Shown here piece after piece: positions 10,889 through 19,555 of a stretch of 64,000 nt of DNA. Position 1 is the first letter of the stretch, and every line of letters begins with the position of its first letter. The stretch is taken from positions 32,001-96,000 of the forward strand of contig JAUVXV010000014.1 of assembly GCA_030603365.1 (NCBI GenBank), written 5' to 3'. The notes beneath the pieces are model-generated. The model worked only from the letters and a program-made list of their open reading frames with translations. It did not search any database and was not told the DNA's origin. Source of the stretch: Candidatus Heimdallarchaeota archaeon (GTDB lineage Archaea > Asgardarchaeota > Heimdallarchaeia > Heimdallarchaeales > Heimdallarchaeaceae). Made by a program: the position numbers and the translations under genes.

Positions 10889-11326
10889 ATGAGCGATCGA
10901 GAAGCTGAAGAAATAGAGAAAATACTTATTCCATTTGCTCTTCAAAGATTTGATTTTGATAACTATACTTCAAATTTTCCTATGAGTAAAATGGCAATGA
11001 ACATGGCTAAGAAAATGATGGGTAATTGGTTAAATGAATACGTTACCTGGTTAGTTAGAGCTTTCAGTAGATGTTTACTAAATGTCACAGATGAAATATA
11101 TTTGAAAAATTTAGGAGCTGTCGTAGCAGCTGAAGCAAATTATATGTCAGGTATCGGACCTATGGGTCCATTTGAGAGACAGTGGGTACAAGGTGGTGGA
11201 ACCAATAGATCTGGTACTGAAGCTTTAGTCGAATCTGAAATACATGTGTGGATGTTACACTTGCAAGAGCAGAACAAATTACCAGGAATCTATGAGAGAT
11301 TCACAGGAAGATACTTCATCAAGTGA
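10889..11326 (+). CDS. Hypothetical protein, 145 aa; its 3' end is duplicated at 15543-15629
   Basis: Clean ORF behind a TTTAAATA box. Confidence 0.75.
   Translation: MSDREAEEIEKILIPFALQRFDFDNYTSNFPMSKMAMNMAKKMMGNWLNEYVTWLVRAFSRCLLNVTDEIYLKNLGAVVAAEANYMSGIGPMGPFERQWVQGGGTNRSGTEALVESEIHVWMLHLQEQNKLPGIYERFTGRYFIK
11240..11326 (+). repeat. 87-bp direct repeat, copy 1
   Basis: 73/87 identical to 15543-15629 by manual codon alignment. Confidence 0.92.
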
Positions 11327-11599
11327 TTTATTATTATCGACTTATCTTCCCATTTTTCATTTTTTTATGATCCCATTAAAGATTAAGGTTTTTGAGGAAA
11401 GTACCCCTATAATTTTCTGTATCAAACAAAATTCCTTGGAATTCGGAAATTCTCGAAGAAATAACACAATTCTTTTTAAATCCAATATCAAAATTATATA
11501 CATTATTGGAAGTTTTGGGGAAGGTAAGAGAACTTGGAAAAAGAAAGAGAGTGAAGAGATACAAACGAAACTGACTGATTTTTCAAAAACGTAGAACTT

Positions 11600-12154
11600 T
11601 CAAGAGAGAAGCGAAGAAAACTGAACTACCAGATACAAAATATAAAATATTATTGTTCCAATACATGAAAGAATTGATAAAGCAACTATGATTCGAACAT
11701 ATCTCTTTTTCATGCATTCTTTATCTCTAGCTATCCTGAAAATCAAAAAAAAAGAAGAAATACCGAATAGACACAGATAAAATGACTTGCTTCGCACTGT
11801 AAGATAATACAGTTTAAACCAGAAAACATCCCAGTTAAATGATCCCATGGGTATCTCAATAATAGGTAGTTCTATGCGACCTAAATCGATAAATAGAGCT
11901 ATTAGAAAAGCCAATGGTAAGAGGTAAAAAAACCATCCTCCACCTACTGGGAGACATGAATCAAAATGATGATGGACAGAGTTTTGTTCTTCCAAATCAA
12001 AACCATCCTCCATTAATTCTTGTTGGATTTCAACAATTTCTAACTTATCCCATATCTCTTCTTCTAACTCTAGTTCTTTTTCCCTTTCTAACTCATCCAT
12101 CTGAATATCTTCTATTTCCTCATAAAACAAGTCTGAATAGGACAAACTAATCAC
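11600..12154 (-). CDS. Hypothetical membrane protein (acidic N-terminus, about 3 TM)
   Basis: E/D-rich N-terminus followed by hydrophobic segments. Confidence 0.6.
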   Translation of the reverse strand: MISLSYSDLFYEEIEDIQMDELEREKELELEEEIWDKLEIVEIQQELMEDGFDLEEQNSVHHHFDSCLPVGGGWFFYLLPLAFLIALFIDLGRIELPIIEIPMGSFNWDVFWFKLYYLTVRSKSFYLCLFGISSFFLIFRIARDKECMKKRYVRIIVALSILSCIGTIIFYILYLVVQFSSLLS

Positions 12155-12192
12155 AAAATATACTAAATCTCAATATTAAAACCCAAAGAAAA

Positions 12193-12468
12193 ACTCTAGG
12201 ATTTCTCCTAGAGTAACTCGGAAGTGAACAGTACTTATGTCGAAAGAACTGTCACGAATGAACACTCTGAAAGAGATAAATGAGTCTATTGGGAATGTGA
12301 TATTTTTCGGTATTTGCGTAAATTACAAGGATGAATTCGAATTATTCTCCACTTCTCTATAAACTATTTTCTTGATTAGTCTAGAAGTAATGGAGCTAGC
12401 TCAATTCTTTAATCGTTTCATTGAGAGATGATCGAAATGAAGAACATCACTAGCTCCTAACGGTTCTA
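12193..12468. other. Non-coding cluster of inverted repeats (candidate structured RNA or DNA site)
   Basis: ACTCTAGGA-tttc-TCCTAGAGT at 12193-12214; hairpin at 12224-12255; long stem GGAGCTAG...CTAGCTCC at 12392-12457. Confidence 0.45.
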
Positions 12469-12632
12469 CCAAGTACTTATATTAAAATCTTATTTCTAAT
12501 ATTAAACATCTCATAGCAATTATTTTCAAATATCTTCAAGCTTGGCAATATATATTGTAGTTCTTTTTGTAGTAATTTCTTATTGTATACTTGGCTACAA
12601 TTAGTAGTACAATAATTGAGAGATGTTACGAA

Positions 12633-14204
12633 ATGAAAAGTAAAAAAATATTAAGTCTAATAGTTACAACTATTGTTGTTTTCTCACTAGCAGGGATGAT
12701 TCCCACTATGTTTGTACAGGGAGTTTCAGGCAATGATGTAACGATAAACGATCCAACAGGAACTACAGAAGTTCTGTTCTATAACAAACTAACAGTTAAT
12801 TTCACTGTTACCAAAGGAGATCCTCCATGGATTTATACTGGTACTACCATTTATCTTGATAACTTAGCTGTTGATTCTACATCTGAGGGTCTAGGTTCTC
12901 CCTTTGTAAAGACCTACTATCCAGAAGGATACGCAGGAGCTCACTTTGTTAGAGTTGAAGCTCACTTTGTTAAAGGTTGGCAAGATACCGAAGATAAATC
13001 AGATACTGCAGGTTACATTGTTAAGAATGCCAACGACACAACAGATCTGGAGGATTTGCGAATCGACAAACTTCATGACTATGAAGTTGATAAGGGATAT
13101 TTAGATGGTTCAGGAGTGACAATATGTATTTTAGATGATATTCTAGGATGTCACGAAAATTATAGTGATTTCCATAAATCATTGTATAGATCCTGTTACA
13201 ATGATTTATATCAAGACCCCGACAGAAAATATATTGATATTCAATATCTCAAAGAGTTTGATGGAGATTTTTATGAAGATTGGAATGAAACAACCGATAC
13301 TAACCAAGAGAAATGGGAAGAAATCTTCGAGGAAGGAAAAGATGATTACCAATTTGATACGGATGTACATGGTACTTATTGTTTAGCTACACTTCGACAA
13401 ATAGCTCCTGCAGCTACTTACATATTCTTGGAAACTCTGGGTAGTCAGCAAAAAGCTGAAGATGCGATCATATGGTTACAAGAAGATAGGAATGATTCAT
13501 CTTATGATTACAAAGCCCCTTATGATTTTTTTGAAATTGACATAATATCTATGTCATGGACAAATACATATCCATATATGGATTTCGAAGAGCAATTTGA
13601 AGTTTTATCTGAAGCTGGTGTTGTTTCAGTAGGAGCTGCTGGTCAGTATGGTTTAGAAGGAACAGAAGAAGGTGCTATTTTCTATTATGATTATCTAGCT
13701 AAATTTCCATGTTCCTATGATTCTGTCATTGGAGTAACTGGTGTGACAGATGGGACTACCATTCTTGGATCTGGTGATAGATGGGAAAGAGATACAAGAG
13801 CTAATACAGGTTGGGGTGTTGAAATTGCAGCACTTTTCATGGGAACAATATTGGATTGGTCTCCTGTTCCTGATTATCCTGAATTTGGAGGTACCAGTAA
13901 TTCTTGTCCTCTTGTTGCTGGCATTCTAGCACTTCTTGAACAATATCAGAATAATTACAAAACAAATACTGATTTAAATGTTACATTGATACAAACCCTC
14001 TTTGAAAAAACTGGTGATGAACCAGGAAGTCCCCCAAGCTCCAACACAACAGAAATTGGTGGTTATATTGACTGGATTAATGATAATAATACTTACTATC
14101 TTGATTTTCCATACCATGATAATGCGACTTATGCAATTTATGACTGTGGTTGGGGAATTATAGATGGATATGAGATGTTCAAATACATTAAACTGTATTA
14201 TTAA
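12633..14204 (+). CDS. Secreted divergent S8 (subtilase) peptidase with N-terminal Ig-like domain
   Basis: Signal peptide MKSKKILS..; GVTICILDD, HGT, GGTSNSCPLVAG triad. Confidence 0.8.
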   Translation: MKSKKILSLIVTTIVVFSLAGMIPTMFVQGVSGNDVTINDPTGTTEVLFYNKLTVNFTVTKGDPPWIYTGTTIYLDNLAVDSTSEGLGSPFVKTYYPEGYAGAHFVRVEAHFVKGWQDTEDKSDTAGYIVKNANDTTDLEDLRIDKLHDYEVDKGYLDGSGVTICILDDILGCHENYSDFHKSLYRSCYNDLYQDPDRKYIDIQYLKEFDGDFYEDWNETTDTNQEKWEEIFEEGKDDYQFDTDVHGTYCLATLRQIAPAATYIFLETLGSQQKAEDAIIWLQEDRNDSSYDYKAPYDFFEIDIISMSWTNTYPYMDFEEQFEVLSEAGVVSVGAAGQYGLEGTEEGAIFYYDYLAKFPCSYDSVIGVTGVTDGTTILGSGDRWERDTRANTGWGVEIAALFMGTILDWSPVPDYPEFGGTSNSCPLVAGILALLEQYQNNYKTNTDLNVTLIQTLFEKTGDEPGSPPSSNTTEIGGYIDWINDNNTYYLDFPYHDNATYAIYDCGWGIIDGYEMFKYIKLYY

Positions 14205-14274
14205 CTATCATCTTCCATTTCTTCTTTTTTTAGATTTAAACCTGAAAAATTCATTTGAGAATAACAGAACTTGG

Positions 14275-14985
14275 TTAGAATTTTCTTCTAATCCTCACTG
14301 TTTTCACATCAATAACTTTTTTTCTATGCTTAAGTTTCCTAATTAAAGCAGAAAATAATAGAAGTGAAATACCAATATAAGTTATTGAAAGATTTGTTTG
14401 ATCAAATGGTGTTGTTAGATCTGATTTTGTTAAGACAACTTCTGATTCATTGTTGAATTCATAGAAATAAGTTACACTGCTCTCTGTTACATAGATAATC
14501 ATCTTTTCAGAAACTACCGGTGAATAAGCGTAGCTACAATTGGTAAAATCATACCATATCTCATATTCTCCAAAAGGCAATTGCTCGCTTTCATAGCTTA
14601 ATACCACCATCGTAAAGTAATGAGTTCTATTCACTATACCAGGTTGAAAAGTATAATTGTGTGGAATTGTTCCCTCAATCATTACTGATAACATAATCTC
14701 CAAACTCTTGTTTTCTAGATTCGTTCTTAAATGAGGATATGGAACAGGACTGCAAACATAGGTAATATTTATACCTGATTGCGTAGGATTCTCAATCTGA
14801 AGATTCATAAGGAATTCGAATGATGTATAAAGTCCCTCATCCGATATCCTAATTGAGGGAGGGTACTCCGTATCCACAATTCTAACAATCAAATACTCTT
14901 CCTCTGAAATAGCTTGGATAGAACGTGATAAGATAAATGAAGTGAATAATAACATTAGCATCAACCATTTCAACTTACGAACCAT
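14275..14985 (-). CDS. Hypothetical cell-surface protein
   Basis: Signal peptide, beta-rich core, C-terminal TM plus basic tail. Confidence 0.7.
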   Translation of the reverse strand: MVRKLKWLMLMLLFTSFILSRSIQAISEEEYLIVRIVDTEYPPSIRISDEGLYTSFEFLMNLQIENPTQSGINITYVCSPVPYPHLRTNLENKSLEIMLSVMIEGTIPHNYTFQPGIVNRTHYFTMVVLSYESEQLPFGEYEIWYDFTNCSYAYSPVVSEKMIIYVTESSVTYFYEFNNESEVVLTKSDLTTPFDQTNLSITYIGISLLLFSALIRKLKHRKKVIDVKTVRIRRKF

Positions 14986-15218
14986 TCTTATGTCTAACTC
15001 CTATTCCTAAGATTTTGATAATAAAATGCTCATTCCTATCTACATCTCAATTATATATACTGACTTTACTATATAAAAACAATGACAAAATTTAATGTAA
15101 ATCTTGTTTCTTCAACAATTTCTTTTTTCCTCATTATGTTTATATACTTTCTTTTCCTTAAATTTTCGGAACTACCTCAACAATTGATTGCAGTCTTTCA
15201 GTTGCAGCCTTTCCTCTT

Positions 15219-15629
15219 TTGTTCGATAGTTTCATAGAAATGCGTACATCACTCTACAATAAACTTACACAAACCAAACATTCTCAACAAAAGAAGAAAC
15301 TACCAAAAGAGAAAACAATCCTACCTTCCACTAAAAAACAAGATACTGTAATCAAGGAGCAACGCTTCAAACCTGATGATGTTTGTAAAACCTACTGTTC
15401 TATAAATAATAATGATAAAGAATGTTCAAGGATTAGAAAAGATGCCAGAATTGCGAGTTCTACATTACTAAAGAGATATTTAAATTATGAAATTGAACAA
15501 GATATCTTGGGTGAATTGGGTACTTCTTTAGAAGAATTGTTGATACATGTTTGGATGCTACACTTGCATGAGCAAAATAAGTTGCCAGGAATCTATGAGA
15601 GATTTACAGGAAGATATTTTGTTAAGTAG
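15219..15629 (+). CDS. Hypothetical or chimeric ORF ending in the duplicated C-terminus of the 10889-11326 gene; possibly a remnant
   Basis: Last 28 aa are 26/28 identical to the 10889-11326 protein; the rest is unrelated. Confidence 0.4.
   Translation: MFDSFIEMRTSLYNKLTQTKHSQQKKKLPKEKTILPSTKKQDTVIKEQRFKPDDVCKTYCSINNNDKECSRIRKDARIASSTLLKRYLNYEIEQDILGELGTSLEELLIHVWMLHLHEQNKLPGIYERFTGRYFVK
15543..15629 (+). repeat. 87-bp direct repeat, copy 2
   Basis: Matches 11240-11326; 20-bp identical core CCAGGAATCTATGAGAGATT. Confidence 0.92.
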
Positions 15630-15651
15630 GCTAGAGAATTAAGCTTTCAGC

Positions 15652-16971
15652 TTAAATCTTCATCTTTTTTCGATTATTTAAATATAGAAAGATTACCCCC
15701 AAGAAAACCATTGTTACATGAAAATGTAGTTTTGTAGTAGTAGGTCTTTCTAGATTTTCATTCAGAGGATAAAGGTCATTGTTTTCTGTTTTTCCATTGA
15801 TATGATAGGTACTATTTTGTTCACAATCAGACCAATAATTTCCTTCTAAAGTATCTTCATCAAACCAAGTGTTGTCTTTTCCTGAATCGTAGGCTTGTGA
15901 TGAACCTTCGATATTGTTATGAACAAAATAATTATGATGAATAGAATTAAGTCTAGAATTCTCATCTAATGCTACACCATATTCTGTGTTGTTTCTAATT
16001 AGATTGTAGGTCATCCTACATCTGTGAGTGTCCCATGATCTAATTCCATACCAACCATTGAACTCAATTGTATTTGAGATAATTTCTGAATCATATACTG
16101 AATATATCATTATTCCATCCCTTTCATTAAAACCGATTACATTGTCATCTATCACTACTTCAGCATATATTATTTCTATGCCTTCGATATTGTTATTAAT
16201 GATATTACCTTTTATGGTAGCAGCTCTAGCACCTACAACCATTATTCCCCAGAAGTTGAATGAGCACACATTATTACAAAAAGTGTTATTTTCACTATCA
16301 ATAGAAAAAATTCCATTCTCACTTTGATTCAAACATGTATTATTCTCAATTAGCGTGTTGTTAGTAGAATACAAAAAAATACCTGAATCTCCATATTCAT
16401 CCAGATGAGTAACTTGCTCGTATTCACAAAAATTATTTGTTATTTCGGCACCGTTTGTTCTACTTACTGCTATACCTCCGCTAGCTGTCTGATGGTTATA
16501 AATTGTATAACAAGTATTATTGGTAATAGTTGCCGTATAATCAGCTACATCACGAATATAGATACAAGTCCATAAGGCTTTAATCGAACAATTTCTAATA
16601 ATAAAGTGTTTTGTAGTATCTTCAACAAGAATTCCTACACCATAATTGAAAGTGTCAAATACATAGTTTTCAATAATGTATGGATCTAAAGCGGTTCCTA
16701 AACCTGAAAAACCATAATCTGTGAAATTTTGATCATTATATATTAAAATCAATCCAAGAGATTCTGATTCTATGGTATCTGATGAACTAGTAACTGTATT
16801 ATTATCTAAACATTCGTCTAATTCACTAAAACATGGTACAGATACTACTACACAAAACAGAATCATTAATGTCAGATATTTACTCAGTCTATCCATCCTT
16901 CCTTCAACTATAACAATATCAATTTTTAAATAATAAATTTTGTGGAAGCAGAAGATTTGTTGTAGGAACAA
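15652..16971 (-). CDS. NosD/CASH right-handed beta-helix surface protein
   Basis: Repeated GI...I.NN motifs, GNYWSD, DLYPL, C-terminal TM plus basic tail; start may be 16896. Confidence 0.85.
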   Translation of the reverse strand: MFLQQIFCFHKIYYLKIDIVIVEGRMDRLSKYLTLMILFCVVVSVPCFSELDECLDNNTVTSSSDTIESESLGLILIYNDQNFTDYGFSGLGTALDPYIIENYVFDTFNYGVGILVEDTTKHFIIRNCSIKALWTCIYIRDVADYTATITNNTCYTIYNHQTASGGIAVSRTNGAEITNNFCEYEQVTHLDEYGDSGIFLYSTNNTLIENNTCLNQSENGIFSIDSENNTFCNNVCSFNFWGIMVVGARAATIKGNIINNNIEGIEIIYAEVVIDDNVIGFNERDGIMIYSVYDSEIISNTIEFNGWYGIRSWDTHRCRMTYNLIRNNTEYGVALDENSRLNSIHHNYFVHNNIEGSSQAYDSGKDNTWFDEDTLEGNYWSDCEQNSTYHINGKTENNDLYPLNENLERPTTTKLHFHVTMVFLGVIFLYLNNRKKMKI

Positions 16972-17038
16972 TATGGAAAATCAATACCAATAAATTCCAA
17001 TTTTAATAACTTAAAAATAAGAAAAAAGAGGGAGTTTT

Positions 17039-17797
17039 TTAGCTATAGAAGTCGTCTTCATCACGAAAGTCTATATCCCCTTCTTTAAGAACAGGTTCTA
17101 CTTGATATACTATTCTTCCCTTCCAGTAGTATTCACCAGTACGATAAATTGGATTCTTTCTTAGGTATGCTAAAGTGCTCCTTGGAATATTATATTTGTT
17201 GCTAATAGTTGACATAGTAACATTTTCTTCGAACATTTGGAATATCGCGACAAGTTTAGGTCTCATTTCTTCATCAATAACCAATTTTCCGTCATCGATT
17301 CTATATCCAATAGGTGGTCTAGACATGATCTTATGATCCTGTATCCTACGTTTTATTCCATACATTCTTTTTTGTCTGTATTTTTTAAGCTCTTCTTCTC
17401 CTAATAGATCGTAGATCCTTGTTACAAGCATTTCTTCAGATTCCTCTGTTGCTCTAATCTCTACACCTCTACTTCTAAGGAGAACAGACGCATATCCTAA
17501 CATATCAACTTCTCTTGAAATACGGTCTCGAGTTTGAACCCATACTTCTCTGATTGGGTCTTCAGGTCTTTGAGAATTATAGGTTGAGATGAATTCTAAC
17601 ATTTCTTTAAAAGCTGGCCTCTCTTCAACATGACTATCTCCAGAAACATCCTCATCAACAAATGTATCTAGAACATGTCTGTAACCAACACTTTTTATTT
17701 TCTTGTCTATTACATCATACTGAGTATCTCTACCAGATTCTTGATCAGCTGTACTGACTCTCACATAAGTAACTACATTCACATGCATAGTTTCCAA
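17039..17797 (-). CDS. Serine recombinase (resolvase catalytic domain plus short recombinase/HTH region)
   Basis: YVRVSTADQ, D..VSG, RPAF, DRISR, RPPIGY. Confidence 0.9.
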   Translation of the reverse strand: METMHVNVVTYVRVSTADQESGRDTQYDVIDKKIKSVGYRHVLDTFVDEDVSGDSHVEERPAFKEMLEFISTYNSQRPEDPIREVWVQTRDRISREVDMLGYASVLLRSRGVEIRATEESEEMLVTRIYDLLGEEELKKYRQKRMYGIKRRIQDHKIMSRPPIGYRIDDGKLVIDEEMRPKLVAIFQMFEENVTMSTISNKYNIPRSTLAYLRKNPIYRTGEYYWKGRIVYQVEPVLKEGDIDFRDEDDFYS

Positions 17798-17946
17798 TAA
17801 GGTGGGTTCTTCTTATAACATAAATAACATCCGTATATTCTTGAGGAATTACAAGAAGTTCTGATTGTTTATGACGGGATAATAGAAAGGAGGGAGGAGT
17901 GTTCTTGAAATGGTGAATAAAATGAAAAGAACACTACTTTGATACC

Positions 17947-19398
17947 TTAATCTTCCTCCAACTCTATAGTTTTCTTATGTAAAATGTGTCTTTCCCAATC
18001 GAAAGTAATTTCACCATCGTCATGTTTTGTAAAAGGTACATCCATCTTACCATACTCGGTGATGACATAGAAGTCCATCACTTCTGGTTTATCATTTTTT
18101 GGTATAAGAGGTGTCGAATGTTTATCAAACCAATTCTCATCTGTGAGAAATAACAGTCCATTTCTGCTTTGTATTTCCATTGTTATTGTTTTCTTATAAG
18201 CTTCATATTTCCCAGAGAGTACTCGATAGTGTTTTCTGCGTTTGTAGAGGGGCATGTCTTCGTCAGGGTCTTTTCCGAGAAGTAATGCAAACGCAGTTAG
18301 TATTAGGTGTTCAGGAGTCCAGTTAACATTCTGGAGCTGTGCATAGGTAAGATTTAACTCGGGTATGAAACCTACCCAACCACCAGAAACACCAGACATT
18401 CCCCCATGAACATATAATCTATGACCGAAGAAATTTTCGTGAATCTTCCAGCCATAGCCGTAAGCAGCATTAGAATTTGGATAATAGTTCAAGTACTGAG
18501 CTTGAATATTATTGTTATGGGATTGCCACATTTCTTTGATTAAAGATTCTTCCAAAATTCTGTTTCCATTAAATTCTCCACCATCAATATGACATTGTAG
18601 AAAATTAGTAATTTCCTTTGCACTGGAGATTAATCCTCCTGAACCAGAGATAAAGGGACCAGATAAGAGGTTTTTAGGAGCTCGTTTGATCTTCTTGTCC
18701 TGCAATCCAAAATTAAATCCTCGAGAAATATCCTCATCTTCTTCAGCGGTCTTTCTAAAGAAAGTGCTTCTATTCATTCCTAAAGGTTGTAGGATTTTCT
18801 CTGTAATATACTCTTCAAATGGTTGTTTAGATAGTTTTTCTATAAGTTGTCCAAGTAAGACAAAACCGGCATTGAAGTAGTAATATTTCTTATTAGGTGA
18901 ACTTAGAATTTCACTCTGAGCATCATTTATGTGAAAGTAGAAATCATCCCAATTCCCCATTGGGAAGATAGGAGCGTTAGCTTGATATAAGTCCTGATTC
19001 ATCTGGGAAAAATAAAATGTCATTAAAGATGGAATACCAGAAGCGTGACTCATCAAGTGTCGAATCTTTATTGGATCAGATTCTAACCCAATTTTAACAG
19101 GTATATATTTTGAAATTGGGTCATCAATATTCAGTAACCCAGCTTCTTGTAATTGCAAAACCCCGAGACATGTGATAGATTTTGTAATAGATGATATTCC
19201 AAATAGAGTATTAGGAGTTGTTGCCTTAACATCACCTTTTTCTCTCACTCCAAAACATCTCTGATATAATGGTTTTTTATCCTGAGTGATTAAGATTGAT
19301 ATTCCAGGAACTTTCAAATTTCGCATAACTTTGACTACTTCTCTATCAAATTTATCCTTGAATTTAGTGAAATCTATGTCTCGTGTGTTCATTATCAT
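17947..19398 (-). CDS. Serine hydrolase, beta-lactamase/S12 family (Pab87-like peptidase)
   Basis: SITK (SxxK), LMSHASG, YFN (YxN), HGG; extra C-terminal domain. Confidence 0.88.
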   Translation of the reverse strand: MIMNTRDIDFTKFKDKFDREVVKVMRNLKVPGISILITQDKKPLYQRCFGVREKGDVKATTPNTLFGISSITKSITCLGVLQLQEAGLLNIDDPISKYIPVKIGLESDPIKIRHLMSHASGIPSLMTFYFSQMNQDLYQANAPIFPMGNWDDFYFHINDAQSEILSSPNKKYYYFNAGFVLLGQLIEKLSKQPFEEYITEKILQPLGMNRSTFFRKTAEEDEDISRGFNFGLQDKKIKRAPKNLLSGPFISGSGGLISSAKEITNFLQCHIDGGEFNGNRILEESLIKEMWQSHNNNIQAQYLNYYPNSNAAYGYGWKIHENFFGHRLYVHGGMSGVSGGWVGFIPELNLTYAQLQNVNWTPEHLILTAFALLLGKDPDEDMPLYKRRKHYRVLSGKYEAYKKTITMEIQSRNGLLFLTDENWFDKHSTPLIPKNDKPEVMDFYVITEYGKMDVPFTKHDDGEITFDWERHILHKKTIELEED

Positions 19399-19421
19399 TC
19401 ACGCTCTTATGAATAGTTATT

Positions 19422-19480
19422 ATGTTTAGTTTTTAACGCTTTTGCTAAACATATGTTTTTTTCCCCGAAATACTTATATA
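19422..19480 (+). promoter_or_regulatory. Palindromic operator ATGTTTAG-N15-CTAAACAT plus BRE/TATA upstream of oppA
   Basis: Arms at 19422-19429 and 19445-19452, then CCCGAAA-TA-CTTATATA. Confidence 0.75.
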
Positions 19481-19555
19481 TTTCTGAAGAATTGCTATAA
19501 TAGTCTTTGATGAACTAATCAAAGGCAAGGAAAAAAATAAAGGATTGATAAAAAA

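Larger units (their letters stand above)
11327..15542. mobile_element. Putative inserted island bounded by the duplicated gene 3' end
   Basis: Direct repeats at both ends; cargo of orphan, secreted and membrane genes; long intergenic gaps; no integrase inside. Confidence 0.5.

Noticed and set aside
11244-11594. Overlapping ORFs 11244-11594 (+) and 11376-11564 (-)
   Set aside because: No recognisable protein features and overlap with a real gene; probably spurious or decayed sequence.
12938-12975. 21-bp-period repeat GCTCACTTTGTTA in the S8 gene
   Set aside because: Only two short in-frame copies (AHFV..AHFV); not an array.
11240-15629. Diversity-generating retroelement TR/VR pair
   Set aside because: Mismatches are not adenine-specific (many C/T at third codon positions) and no reverse transcriptase is present.
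17947-19398. Antibiotic-resistance beta-lactamase
   Set aside because: No signal peptide, extra C-terminal domain and peptide-uptake context favour a cytoplasmic S12 peptidase.
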